Assembly (NCBI GenBank): GCA_000002445.1
Contig: CH464491.1
Span: 2,752,001 to 2,816,000, forward strand
Origin: Trypanosoma brucei
Lineage: Eukaryota
DNA: 64,000 bases
Reading direction: 5' to 3'
Made by a program: the position numbers and the translations under genes. This document shows positions 28,218 to 40,600 of the stretch, piece after piece. Position 1 is the first letter of the stretch. Each line of letters begins with the position of its first letter. The notes under the pieces were generated by a model. The model made no database searches, was not told the DNA's origin, and saw only the letters and a program-made list of their open reading frames with translations.

Positions 28218-29936
28218 ATGTTTCTCATCAGCTGGAATGTGGCGGGGTGGGGCTCCACAGCTCGTCTGATACGGAGCGACTTTGGTACCATCGCGGAATT
28301 TTTGCGCCACACACAAGCTGATATTGTATGTTTACAGGAGGTAAAGGGCTCGTGGCAGAAGCTGAAAGATGAGCCATATGCAATGGGCGCTGGTGACGGT
28401 AGGCCCGTGTCCGTCGAGGGATGGGAATCGTTTTGGTCCTTCAGTGGTAGAGGCCAGCGTGGCTTTAATGGCGTTGCGACATTTGCTCGCAAGGGGCTTA
28501 CGTGGTGGTGTGACTCACGACCTTTTATTGAGGCGGATGACAAGGAAGGCAACAGTAGCCCCGATGCAAGCGACAAAAAGACGAGCACTGTGGAGGAACT
28601 GCACGATGAGGGTCGTGTGCTGGTGACGGGCCACAGCGCCTTTGTATTGGTTAACACCTACGTTGTGAATGGACGCAACAGTCAGAGAATGGCATTCAAA
28701 ATGAGGTTCCTTTCATGCCTAAAGAGCCTTCTTGCACGGTTGAAGAAGGAAAACGGGAAACCTGTTATCTTGGTTGGAGACCTCAATATAACTTTTCGGG
28801 CGGAAGATTCGCACTGGTCCCAACGTCGCCTTGGTTTTCCCTCCTTCATGCGACTCGTTCATCTTGCACGAAGCCTCAGCAATGACGAGTGGAAGCAGAG
28901 CTATCCATATATTGGGCAAGATACGGTGTGCCACCTAGAGGGATACATTGCGGAACAAACATTGCAATTTCTTGTTGACGAAAGTGACGATCCGCACCCA
29001 AACGACGGAAGGTGTGCTCGCGTTGATAATCTGTTCTCAGGCCTTACAAAGGAATGCAAGACTACGGTCACCATTGATGGTAACCACTTGCTACAAGAAC
29101 TCGTACAGAAGGGTCGAGAGTTAAAGTATCATCAAAACAAGGGTAGTGGGGCGAGGGTAACGCTGTCGGAGTTGTGTGAGGCGGGTGTTACGAGTGTCTT
29201 TGCCAGTACACTCCTTCGAATGCAGCAGACGAACCACAATCGGGATATATTTGTTTTAGTGCAGTATTGTGGTTTGCCCTCGCACGATGAAGCAGGTGTG
29301 GAGTTCATGAAAGAGCTGCTGGTCGATTTGAACTTGCGTGACACAATGTTGGTGGGGCTTACTCCTGAGGCACTTAATGATGTTTGTCCGTGCCCGTACA
29401 CGTGCTGGGATCAATCGAAAAATAAACGAGTGGTAAACGAGGGTAATCGCATAGACTACATTTTGATTGATGCGTCGCTAGCGCCAAAATTGGCTCCATG
29501 CCGCGATACGGAGAATAACGTTGTCCGCACATTATCTGAGGGCATTGGACACGCGGGTGAAGACAACGGTAAGAAGGTGGTCGTGGACGGTTGTGAGAAC
29601 ACATCGTCACCCTTTTTCAGTGAGTTTGACGGTGCATCCCATTTGCTTGGCGTACAACGTACAGCGGGGCACGGGGCGTACCCCGCAGCAGCTATGGACG
29701 GTACAGGTCTTCCACCCCTAAAGAAGGAGGCGAGGGACCTGCAGTTTCGTGGACTTCCATCCACCGGCTTATTTGTAACACCACCTCAATACAGCGACCA
29801 TTGCGGCGTATGTGCGTACTTTCCGGATCTGTTGTTGGAACCCAGGCCCGCAAAGGTGAAGGAGATACACCCTTGTTTGTATCGACTTCCAGCATCTTTG
29901 GAATCGTTCTTCCAAAAGCGGCCAAGAAGTGAATAA
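28218..29936 (+). CDS. AP endonuclease of the ExoIII/APE family (APE2/Apn2-like, endonuclease-exonuclease-phosphatase fold) with long internal insertions.
   Basis: ATG at 28218. The EEP motifs appear in the expected order: MFLISWNVAGW, IVCLQEVKG, ILVGDLNITFRAEDSHW, YTCWDQSKNKRVVNEGNRIDYILIDASL and SDHCGVCAYF. The last contains the catalytic His of the SDH motif. Confidence 0.7.
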   Translation: MFLISWNVAGWGSTARLIRSDFGTIAEFLRHTQADIVCLQEVKGSWQKLKDEPYAMGAGDGRPVSVEGWESFWSFSGRGQRGFNGVATFARKGLTWWCDSRPFIEADDKEGNSSPDASDKKTSTVEELHDEGRVLVTGHSAFVLVNTYVVNGRNSQRMAFKMRFLSCLKSLLARLKKENGKPVILVGDLNITFRAEDSHWSQRRLGFPSFMRLVHLARSLSNDEWKQSYPYIGQDTVCHLEGYIAEQTLQFLVDESDDPHPNDGRCARVDNLFSGLTKECKTTVTIDGNHLLQELVQKGRELKYHQNKGSGARVTLSELCEAGVTSVFASTLLRMQQTNHNRDIFVLVQYCGLPSHDEAGVEFMKELLVDLNLRDTMLVGLTPEALNDVCPCPYTCWDQSKNKRVVNEGNRIDYILIDASLAPKLAPCRDTENNVVRTLSEGIGHAGEDNGKKVVVDGCENTSSPFFSEFDGASHLLGVQRTAGHGAYPAAAMDGTGLPPLKKEARDLQFRGLPSTGLFVTPPQYSDHCGVCAYFPDLLLEPRPAKVKEIHPCLYRLPASLESFFQKRPRSE

Positions 29937-30365
29937 GATGCGAGCGTAGTATCAGGTGGTGGGGACACTCCCACTTGTTGAAGTGTGTGTCGAAATTTAA
30001 CATATGGAAGTAGGTGTGGCATCGACCTATCTAATACCCATTGGGGGGGGGGCGTCTGTGAAAGTCACTGCATGTGCCCAGCAGGCACCTCCGAAGGTAT
30101 CACCAGTGGTGTTTTCCTTTGCTCTGCACACTAATATTAATAATGGCTTCAAATTTTTTTTGCGTTTGTGGGTCTTTTTTGTAGGGGGAAAAGTTGCACT
30201 ACATTTCACTAAATGTACACAGTGCGATTTTTGTGTTGACTCGGCTCCCAACGTCCAGAAGTTTCTTGTGATTGCAGCGCAGCACTCCCCTTCAGTTCCT
30301 GAGGCGGTTTCTCGGTTCTCTTTCGCTTCTTTCTTTCGTCGGCTCTCATCATAAAAGTGGTTAGG

Positions 30366-33122
30366 ATGAACCGCGCTATCATTGCAGAGAAGGCTTCATT
30401 GGCCTCTGAGAGGGCGAAGGAGTTTATTTCCAGTGGTGGGAGTATCGTATCCCGCGCCCGCTCACTCGTCTCTGGCGATGCACAATTTTTTGCTGTGCAA
30501 CCAAAACCGGAAGACCTTAGGCGTCACCTCAATTCCGACTGTATTCACGAAAAAAGTGTTGCCATGAAGCGCATTATTGCACAGATGTGCAAGGGCTACG
30601 ACATGTCAACCTTCTTTGCGGATGTGGTGAAGAACATCCATTCCCCATCTGTAGAACTGAGAAAGCTGATTTACTTCTTCGTGACACATTACGCGGAGGA
30701 GCGACCAAATGAGGCGCTTCTCTCCATTTCAGCCTTTCAAAAGGACTTGATGGACCATAGTATGCACGTGCGTTCGTTAGCGTTGCGCATGTTAAGCGCC
30801 ATGCGGATACCGGCGATTCATACGCTTGTGATGGTTGCGGTGCAGAAATGTGCACTAGACACAGAGCCGCTGGTCCGAAAGACCGCAGCTATATCTCTTG
30901 CACAAGTTTACGCCGTCAACGGGTCCGAGGCGGATCTGGAGACGATATATTCTATCCTTCAGCAACTTCTAGCCGATAAAAATTCGGAAGTGGCTGCTGC
31001 AGCCGCACTTTCATTTGTGGAGATATGCCCCCATGAAGTAAGTTTCATCCACAAAGTCTACCGTAACCTGTGTCGTGTCATCGGTGACTGTGACGAGTGG
31101 GGGCAAGTGGTACTGATACACGTGTTGCTTCGCTACGCGCGAACACAGTTCTGTGACCCAAACGAACAGACTGGAAGACGCGAGCTGATAAGCGATTCAT
31201 CAGACGAAGCTGAACAAAGTAAAAAAAATAAGGAGAATGACAAGGAAGAGGGTGTAAATGATGCAAATGATGGAGAAAGCTCTTCCGAAACGACCTCTTC
31301 CTCCTCCTCCTCCTGGGACAGAAAAATGCTTGGCTTACGCCGAGGGGGGCCCAATGCAGCCATGCTTCTTGACTCTGATCACCGGCTGCTTCTTGACTCT
31401 GTGAAACCGCTTTTGATGAGCCTCAACAGCGCTGTTGTTGTGGCCGCTACCGCTGTTATTTGCCACTGTGGCCCCAAGGCGGACATGGACGCTTGCACTC
31501 TCCCACTACTTCGTTTGCTGGCGGGGCCTGACGAGCGGCACTCGGTCGTCCTCAGCACCATTCATACTATTGTACTGACACACGCAGAGCCTTTCGTGCC
31601 ATACATTAGGGAATTTTTCCTCATGCCACAAGATAAGAGGGAGATACGCATCCTCAAGCTGAGTATCATCTCTAAACTCGCTACGGCTAACAACTTCCCG
31701 GATCTCTTCCGCGAGTTTCGTCACTATACCCGCAGTTATCACGTGGAGCATGTGGTTGATGCTGTCAGGGGACTAGGCCTAATTGCTGTGCGACTTTCTT
31801 CGGTGTGTACGTCGCAGGTAATGAGGGTGGTGTTGCCTCTGTTGTCCCACAAGAATGCAGAGGTTGTGTCTGAGTCTATCAAGGTGTTGCAATTGCTCGT
31901 AGTACAGGGCAACAGCAGTGGGCGGCAAACTGCACGACTCGTATACCGTCTGTTGCAAAGGGTAATAAAGGGCGAGGTTACCAGCGACTCCGCCAAGGCC
32001 GTTATATTGTGGTTGGTCGGTGAGAACATTCAACTTCACAATGTTATCGCCGCTGCGGCACCGGAATGCTTTCGTATACTCGTGAAATCCTTCAAGACAG
32101 AAGGCTCTGAGGTGAGGAAGCAGGTGCTCATGCTTGGGTGCAAGATATGGATGTTCCTTGATGGAAGTGGGGCGGTGGCCGAACGATTTAGGCAACTCTT
32201 TTTCTACCTCATTGAACTTGCAAATTTTGATGACGACTACGATGTGCGTGACTATGCACGACTTGTGGGTTGTGCTGTGGACCGACAGAGTGCAACATTC
32301 GAAGGACTAAAGCGCATGCTTCTTTTTCGCGAAAAAAAGCAGCCGCAGTCGAGCGATCCGTATGCTGAGCATACCCACTATGAACTGGGCAGTCTGTCTC
32401 ATTTCATTGGTAAGCCTTTCACTGGTTATCATCCCCTTCCGCCTTGGGCAACGGTGCCCTCCGATCCACTTTTACGGTTACCTCCTGGATGCGAGGTGCG
32501 CGGTGACGGGGCGGATTCGGGTGATGACAGCATGAGCGACGACGGGGATGATGACGATAGCTCAATGATGTATAGTGACAATAGCAGCGACAGTGGCACA
32601 TGTAGGGGCAGTGGCAGTAGCGACGCCTCCACTTCGGTACACAGCAGTTATACCGGTGATGACGGCTACTCCTCAACTGACGGATCCCAACAGAGGGGCG
32701 GGAACAGCACCAGCGATGAAATGGGCAGAGGTGATGACGAAGAGCAACGAACCCCAGCAGAGGAGGCAGTCATACGGCCATCGGATGCGTCGAGCAAGAC
32801 GAACATAACAAATATCGCCGCAGAAGCATCTGACGCTCCCAGACGTCCTGTTGTCAAAGTTACCGTACGACGTCTTGGAGCTCCCAAGCCCGCACCCGAT
32901 TCCAAAACAGTCCCCACTGAAACTGAAGGCGGAGTCGCTGCGGCTGTGACGCTAGAGAAGGAGGGATCACGAAGCGGAGGCACTCCCGGTGCTTCCAGTA
33001 CAACGGCAGGTAATAATGCGGTTCGAGAAGTTATTAATGACAAGACAACTGCCTCAGTGGAGGGGGGAAGTGACAGAGCACTGGACACACCCACAAGGGA
33101 GGGTAGTGGTCCCGCGGAGTGA
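30366..33122 (+). CDS. AP-3 adaptor complex beta subunit (adaptin N-terminal trunk plus an acidic Ser/Asp-rich hinge).
   Basis: The track start at 30357 is GTG. The first ATG is at 30366 (MNRAIIAEKA...). The trunk segment KSVAMKRIIAQMCKGYDMSTFFADVVKNIHSPSVELRKLIYFFVTHYAEERPNEALLSISAFQKDLMDHSMHVRSLALRMLSAMRIPAIHTLVMVAVQKCALDTEPLVRKTAAISLAQVY aligns by eye with the AP-3 beta signature (AMKRI, VVKN, LLSISTFQ, VRKTAA). The hinge at about aa 720-800 is DDSMSDDGDDDDSSMMYSDNSSDSG. Confidence 0.8.
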   Translation: MNRAIIAEKASLASERAKEFISSGGSIVSRARSLVSGDAQFFAVQPKPEDLRRHLNSDCIHEKSVAMKRIIAQMCKGYDMSTFFADVVKNIHSPSVELRKLIYFFVTHYAEERPNEALLSISAFQKDLMDHSMHVRSLALRMLSAMRIPAIHTLVMVAVQKCALDTEPLVRKTAAISLAQVYAVNGSEADLETIYSILQQLLADKNSEVAAAAALSFVEICPHEVSFIHKVYRNLCRVIGDCDEWGQVVLIHVLLRYARTQFCDPNEQTGRRELISDSSDEAEQSKKNKENDKEEGVNDANDGESSSETTSSSSSSWDRKMLGLRRGGPNAAMLLDSDHRLLLDSVKPLLMSLNSAVVVAATAVICHCGPKADMDACTLPLLRLLAGPDERHSVVLSTIHTIVLTHAEPFVPYIREFFLMPQDKREIRILKLSIISKLATANNFPDLFREFRHYTRSYHVEHVVDAVRGLGLIAVRLSSVCTSQVMRVVLPLLSHKNAEVVSESIKVLQLLVVQGNSSGRQTARLVYRLLQRVIKGEVTSDSAKAVILWLVGENIQLHNVIAAAAPECFRILVKSFKTEGSEVRKQVLMLGCKIWMFLDGSGAVAERFRQLFFYLIELANFDDDYDVRDYARLVGCAVDRQSATFEGLKRMLLFREKKQPQSSDPYAEHTHYELGSLSHFIGKPFTGYHPLPPWATVPSDPLLRLPPGCEVRGDGADSGDDSMSDDGDDDDSSMMYSDNSSDSGTCRGSGSSDASTSVHSSYTGDDGYSSTDGSQQRGGNSTSDEMGRGDDEEQRTPAEEAVIRPSDASSKTNITNIAAEASDAPRRPVVKVTVRRLGAPKPAPDSKTVPTETEGGVAAAVTLEKEGSRSGGTPGASSTTAGNNAVREVINDKTTASVEGGSDRALDTPTREGSGPAE

Positions 33123-34125
33123 AACGAGTAGGGACAACAGGAGCAAAAGAAAGGGGGAAAGGCAAGGACAAAATAATAAGGCAAAAGAAGCAGACCGCGA
33201 GAGAACAGTTCCGTTTTTGGCTCGGTGACGTCTCTTTTATAGCGACACGTTCCAGTGCTTCGGGTTCTCTTTTCCATCGTTCGTTGGTTACTTGTGGTGT
33301 TGTGTAGGCTGAGCAGTGCCGTTTCGAAAAGAGACGGTGCTGGTGGCAGTTACAATTATATATCCATATATAGCAAAAGAGTACTGAAAGCAGCAATAAA
33401 GTGCTTATCGCAGATAAAATGATTGTCGACCAACAGTGGGTGGCGGACACGACGTTATAGTTGACGGTGCGTTCGGGGAGGCGGTAAAGGCAGGGAAAAT
33501 AGTGCGGCAGAATAGCCTCATATTGTTGTGGCCCGCATGAATGCTGTCAGGCTTGGCTACCCTCTTCAACTAAATGATGAGATCGCGCCATTTTTTGTTC
33601 CTCTGTTTCTTTCCCCTGCATACACACGAATATATTCCCCTGTCGCTTCCCTCTCTTCACATTGTTTGATATGTTTAATTCACCTGCGTCACTTTCGTTG
33701 TGGCAGTGGATAGCTTACATTTGCGCAGTGTAAAGAGCCTCTAGGGACTAAACTCCTCGTTTTCCTCTCCCTCTGTCTTTCCATAGTAGCAGTAAACAAT
33801 TTGAACGAAGTTTTAGTTCACAGAAGTGCTGTGTTGACTTAGTCCACGTAGCGAAAGAAATAATTGCGCTTCCACGTATATTTATTATATATATAAAGAC
33901 CCCGGATTTATAAGGACGGAAACTGAAAAGAAACCAACCGACGAAGACCATAAAGGAAAAGAGGGACAAAAAAGTACAAGACCATCAACTGTGTTATAGG
34001 CGACACAGGGTAGGAATAGTTTCAACCTTGTGGGAGAAGACGGTGGTAGAGAAGGGGGGAGAAAGCAAAGAAGGGAAAATCCTGTCGAGAGAAGACAAGA
34101 GGTTCACAGGAAAGTGCAACACCCA

Positions 34126-34153
34126 TATATACATATATATATATATATATATA
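34126..34153. repeat. (AT)n microsatellite upstream of the giant gene.
   Basis: catatatacatatatatatatatatatataagtggg. A second (TA)10 run lies at 34406-34425. Confidence 0.9.
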
Positions 34154-34275
34154 AGTGGGAAGGGTGCATCGGCACTCACATATATATTAATCAAAAGCTA
34201 ACATCAACGACAACAACACCGTAAAGTAGTCAAGGAGTCAGCAAAAGTAGAAACCCGTTAAATTTAAGTTGGCGT

Positions 34276-34320
34276 GTTTCTCCATTCTTTTTTTCCACTT
34301 CCCTTTTTGTAACCGTAGGT
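34276..34320 (+). promoter_or_regulatory. Polypyrimidine tract ending in AG upstream of the giant gene.
   Basis: gtttctccattctttttttccacttccctttttgtaaccgtag. Confidence 0.4.
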
Positions 34321-34653
34321 GGTGCGTTAACAGGAGTTTGAACCCCTGCACAGCTGCACCGCCCTTTGGTTGTACATACGTATTCTCCCTGATCAGTGTT
34401 TAAACGTATATATATATATATATATCAAATAGCGAAAAAGCTGAGGTGGGGTGTTGTTGTTGTTTTACGTTTCCTTGAAGAAATTTGGGGAAGAAAAAGA
34501 AACAGGTGTGAGTTGGACTACAATAGCGCAAAAGGTACCACTGAACAGTGGTGGAAAGCAGCAAGAGCGCGTGTTGTTGGCGTTACTTCTTTGTTATTAC
34601 GGTTGCTGTTGTGGCAGACGCACATTTTTTGACATTACAACTGCTGCACGTCG

Positions 34654-37600
34654 ATGCCCTTCGCTCCCCAGGGACCTGTGATGGACCTGTACAACTCTGA
34701 TGAAGGGGATCTCCTCGCAATCAGGAGTGAAATGTGGATGTGCGCAGACAGTGAAAAGATGTTCAAGGTGGGCGCTGGCCGGGGGTCAAAGAACATTGTG
34801 AGCATTGAAAACGGGCATTTCTTTGTTTACTCCACTTGCGGAAAGCAGTCGCGGTTGATTAAGGACGTCCCCTTTCATTCAGTAAAGCGCACTGCGTCAT
34901 TTGTACATGATCCAAAGGTGTCTGGTGCGTCCACTGTGTCTGGGATGCAAACGGCGGCTTCGTCCTCGTCATCTTCAGCACGATCACGAGATAGGCGTGC
35001 GGATGTCCAGGTGCCTCCTTACTACTATCTCGTACTGGAGTTCGTACGGGATAAAACGGTAGCCGAGTCGACAAACCTAGCAAAGCGTGAGCACGTTGTG
35101 TTATGCACGGATAACGTGCAGGATTTTCAGTACTGGCAGCAATTCGTTGGGAGGTATAAGTGTCAGTTGAATCGCACTCAGCGACCTGATGAGAGTGTAG
35201 TGGGAGGGCGACGAAGTGGGAAAGGGTGTGTGAAAAGCGCATCACATAAGGAGTGTGATGATAGTGGAAGTGATGAGACGAACCTGGACATCAGCACACT
35301 CACAATGAAACTAGATGAGTTGCAGGAGTGGAAACGAATAGCAGTAGACCTCGCGGATGCGGTGGCGTCGTCGGGGGCGTTCCCTAACTGTAGACGAGAA
35401 TCGTTATCGAATACGGAACCAAATGTGGAGTTTAGTCTGAAATACGTAGAAAAACTGCTTGGTGAGCTGCGGAAAGGGGTGGATTGCCGGTTGAATACAC
35501 TGAACGAGACACAGCCTCCGCTGCCGCTGGTTAAAGATCTTAAACAGCAACTGGAATTGTGGAACAGTCTGTACGACAGAACCTTCTCTGACGACCGCAC
35601 TTCCGAAGCGAGGGGGCTTTTCACAAAAGAGCGGCAACAAGTGCGTGTGCAACGAATGGAAAACATTATTGCGAGGGAACGTACAGAGGGGTGCACAAAA
35701 TTGTCCCCAGTTGTAAGCCGGAGGGAGCTCGTAACATCACCTGAGGAGTGGTTGCAACTTCCCTGCTTGTCTACCTTAAGTGACGCTGATAGTGCACAAA
35801 ACTTAGTTGGAGGACAACGCGAGGGGGGAGTCTTAGACGGTAGCGCAATTACACTGTTAAGCAGTAGCACAGTCCATGCGGATGCACCTCAGGAAGTGTG
35901 GCAACGAGAGCGGAACTTGAGTAGTGCAAATGAAGGTGATATGTTCGCCGAATTGCGGGCGGCGCACCGCAACCTAGGACTGAGATCAGCTCCTCAACAC
36001 GAGTTCCACCAGCTGGAACGCGAGAAGAAAAATACAGAGCGGCTCGCCCGCGAAGGACTCCGTGCTTACACGGAGGCGACAATTGTACTTCTTCAGGCGT
36101 GTTATAGCGAGTACGTAACGGTGGTGGAATGTGTGCTATCTGCCATAAGCGGCGGCGTGGACACACGCGGCGAAAGAAGGCTTGTTACGGCGTATGCGCA
36201 CCTGCAGACGGTTGCAGCACTGGATGAAGCCCGCCGTGCCGCCACGGCGAAGCAGACTCTTCTAGAGAATCTTGTGAACGAACTCAAGGACCTCCAAAAG
36301 ACGCGGGACGAAGAGATTAACGCATTACGCAAAACCTTTTTTCGAGCCAAAGACGGATGGGAGAGTGATCTCGCAGTATTGCAAACAAAGTTAAGGACAC
36401 TGCAGAACACAATGACACAGACAACAGTCGTCGTGCCTTCCGACACGGTGTCATTCCCGCCTCTAGAAAGGGCTCTTTGCGGTGGTGAAAGCAGCCAAGA
36501 ACTGGGGAGGGACAGTGGTGAAGACAAAGTCTCAAACACTAAAATCGAGAGCGTAGACAAAGCAAGTTATGATGAATGTGATGAAGCGGATAGCGACGAA
36601 TCCATTAGGCGGTGGGCAACGCGGCTCACGTGCAGCCACGGTGAACAACGTGGCCACATTATAGCGTTCCGTTTAGAACGGTTCTTTCACTGGACACTCG
36701 AGAACGTCGTACCACTATGCTCCGGCGCAGACACAAACTGTTTGTTAGAACTCGTCATGCGTGCGTTAAGTAATCACATAACACTACTTCAAGCTGCAGG
36801 TGAGGTCTTCGGTACACAGGATGTCAAAGTTAGCGTGGACGACAACGGCGTCCGCGAGAGTAGAGACTTATGCAGTTCAATCCGAGACTTACACACGCAA
36901 CACAGCACCCTGAAGCATCTAGTAGGCAAATATATTGCCCTCACGGAAAATGAAGAAGACAGCCCCGTACTAAGATGCGACGAATTGGAAAAGCAATTAC
37001 AGCTCCACCAGTTTAATACAGCCACATTAGATCATATAAACAGCCTATTAGGAACTGACAACATGACCATAAAAAGGCGAATACAGGATATGATTCAAAA
37101 CGAAGAGCAGCTCCTCAGAATACAGGAAATCACAGGATCAAAAAGAGAAATATGCACAGTACAACACGTGCGACAAAAACACGAAGAACTTCGACAAATG
37201 AGCGAACTGATTAATCGATTAGATCAGTCACGAATGCACCAAGAAAAAGATCTAACAACACAAAATTACGAAGCCTTCACACAAATGAACACATCCGTCA
37301 AGAAAGCAGAGGAAATAATAGAAAATACAACGAAAAAATACAACGAGCTACAGCTACGAATAGACTTCGACAAAATAGAATTCAATGAACGCCTCCAAAT
37401 AGTACACGAATACTACAACGAACATCCACAGCATTACCATAACAACAAGATAAACAAACAAATCGAAGAACTAAATGAAATAATAGAAAAACAACAAAAT
37501 CTCATTGGACATCAAGATAAAAAAGAAAAAAAAACGGAAAGAAACTCATCTACACGTGCCCAGTGCCTACAAGGTATTGAGTCAGCTCTGGCTGTGCTTG

Positions 37601-40600
37601 GTACAACGGAGGCAGAAATGCCACTGGCATCAGCAATTCAGCGTGCTGCCGAGGAAGCTAAGGTTAGGGAAGACACACTGAAGCAAGAGCTAGACGAGGC
37701 TATGGGACGGGAAACTGCTCTGGAGGAACAACTGCGCAATCTGTCGCAAGCAACTATCGCACTACAAGGTACACTGTATGGTGGAGAAATGCCTACGGGG
37801 AATGATGGATCTGCCTTGGATGTTGGTCATGCTGCTATGAGTGCACTGGAGCGTATGCGTGAGGACGCTGCTAAGGCATCGGGGGTCATGACTGCCGCTA
37901 TGCAGGAAGGAGAAATGAGTGTACCCCTGTTAGCAAAATGTCACCATATGGCAGAGACCACGAATGCATTACGCGACAGTGAAAAGCATTACCGTGCGCT
38001 TGTAGGGGAGGACGTCAAGAAGGATAGCGGTTCCACTGGAACAGATGACTCATCTACACGTGCCCAGTGCCTACAAGGTATTGAGTCAGCTCTGGCTGTG
38101 CTTGGTACAACGGAGGCAGAAATGCCACTGGCATCAGCAATTCAGCGTGCTGCCGAGGAAGCTAAGGTTAGGGAAGACACACTGAAGCAAGAGCTAGACG
38201 AGGCTATGGGACGGGAAACTGCTCTGGAGGAACAACTGCGCAATCTGTCGCAAGCAACTATCGCACTACAAGGTACACTGTATGGTGGAGAAATGCCTAC
38301 GGGGAATGATGGATCTGCCTTGGATGTTGGTCATGCTGCTATGAGTGCACTGGAGCGTATGCGTGAGGACGCTGCTAAGGCATCGGGGGTCATGACTGCC
38401 GCTATGCAGGAAGGAGAAATGAGTGTACCCCTGTTAGCAAAATGCCACCATATGGCAGAGACCACGAATGCATTACGCGACAGTGAAAAGCATTACCGTG
38501 CGCTTGTAGGGGAGGACGTCAAGAAGGATAGCGGTTCCACTGGAACAGATGACTCATCTACACGTGCCCAGTGCCTACAAGGTATTGAGTCAGCTCTGGC
38601 TGTGCTTGGTACAACGGAGGCAGAAATGCCACTGGCATCAGCAATTCAGCGTGCTGCCGAGGAAGCTAAGGTTAGGGAAGACACACTGAAGCAAGAGCTA
38701 GACGAGGCTATGGGACGGGAAACTGCTCTGGAGGAACAACTGCGCAATCTGTCGCAAGCAACTATCGCACTACAAGGTACACTGTATGGTGGAGAAATGC
38801 CTACGGGGAATGATGGATCTGCCTTGGATGTTGGTCATGCTGCTATGAGTGCACTGGAGCGTATGCGTGAGGACGCTGCTAAGGCATCGGGGGTCATGAC
38901 TGCCGCTATGCAGGAAGGAGAAATGAGTGTACCCCTGTTAGCAAAATGCCACCATATGGCAGAGACCACGAATGCATTACGCGACAGTGAAAAGCATTAC
39001 CGTGCGCTTGTAGGGGAGGACGTCAAGAAGGATAGCGGTTCCACTGGAACAGATGACTCATCTACACGTGCCCAGTGCCTACAAGGTATTGAGTCAGCTC
39101 TGGCTGTGCTTGGTACAACGGAGGCAGAAATGCCACTGGCATCAGCAATTCAGCGTGCTGCCGAGGAAGCTAAGGTTAGGGAAGACACACTGAAGCAAGA
39201 GCTAGACGAGGCTATGGGACGGGAAACTGCTCTGGAGGAACAACTGCGCAATCTGTCGCAAGCAACTATCGCACTACAAGGTACACTGTATGGTGGAGAA
39301 ATGCCTACGGGGAATGATGGATCTGCCTTGGATGTTGGTCATGCTGCTATGAGTGCACTGGAGCGTATGCGTGAGGACGCTGCTAAGGCATCGGGGGTCA
39401 TGACTGCCGCTATGCAGGAAGGAGAAATGAGTGTACCCCTGTTAGCAAAATGCCACCATATGGCAGAGACCACGAATGCATTACGCGACAGTGAAAAGCA
39501 TTACCGTGCGCTTGTAGGGGAGGACGTCAAGAAGGATAGCGGTTCCACTGGAACAGATGACTCATCTACACGTGCCCAGTGCCTACAAGGTATTGAGTCA
39601 GCTCTGGCTGTGCTTGGTACAACGGAGGCAGAAATGCCACTGGCATCAGCAATTCAGCGTGCTGCCGAGGAAGCTAAGGTTAGGGAAGACACACTGAGGC
39701 AAGAGCTAGACGAGGCTATGGGACGGGAAACTGCTCTGGAGGAACAACTGCGCAATCTGTCGCAAGCAACTATCGCACTACAAGGTACAGTATGTGAAGA
39801 TGGTGCGGATGTGAGTTGTGATATTTCTACTTTTGATCTTTGTAGTGTGGCATTTCTTTCTTTGGGTGTTATTGAAAGTGCTTTTGAGTGTTCAATATCT
39901 CGTGAAGTCTCCCTGAAGAAACAGGTGGAAGAGGCTCATAAAAGAGAAGTTGCGCTCAGGTCTCGATTGAAGTCTTTGGCGAGTGCGGCAACAGCTGTTC
40001 AGAGTACATTGGACGGAAATGCTTCTCCAGAAAGAGTTAGTCCCAAGGAGTCTTCTATTTGTTCTGGTGATGAAGTGGATGGTGACGATGCTTTTGTTGA
40101 TCCTTTTGTTGCCGTTCAACGTGCTGCAGAGGAGTCAAAGGCTTGTAGGAATGCACTGGAAGAAAAACTGAAGGAGGGTGCTGCACGGATTGACGCTGTT
40201 GAGGGACGGCTCTTGCAACTTTCACGTTCCATTATTTGTCTGCACTCTAAGTTGTTTGATGCAGAAATAGGTGGCAATGGTGAGGAACGCGCCGTGGAGT
40301 TAAGTGAGTTGGCTCTTGTTGCTGCTGATGCCATTGAAAACGCTTTTGAGTGTTCAATATCTCGTGAAGTTTCCCTGAAGAAAAAGGTGGAAGAGGCTCA
40401 TAAAAGAGAAGTTGCCCTTAAAACGCGTTTGAAATGCTTGGTTGGTGCGGCAACAGCTGTTCAGTGTACGTTGGAAGGTGGGAATTATTCCTGCACCGCA
40501 GATGACCCTTTAAGTTTGTCGGGTTGTGATATGTCTGCCTCTACCAACCTGGACGATTCTGTACTGGGATCTGTCGCGGCAATTCAGCGTGCTGCCGAGG

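Noticed and set aside
33570-33700. A possible C/D-box snoRNA (a TGATGA C-box at about 33577) in the 1.5-kb spacer upstream of the giant gene.
   Set aside because: I found no convincing downstream CTGA D-box at the right distance, and no terminal stem or guide complementarity. A lone hexamer is expected by chance. It would need a snoRNA covariance search to be called.
35178-35870. Minus-strand ORFs of 200-280 aa antisense to large + genes. Examples are 35178-35870, 43937-44770, 27989-28657, 50010-50633 and 32666-33277.
   Set aside because: Each is wholly embedded antisense in a much longer + ORF with clear protein-family signal. Their translations are low-complexity (S/R/C/P-rich) with no motifs. 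In a directional kinetoplastid cluster, antisense coding is not expected, and they are chance ORFs typical of ~50% GC sequence.
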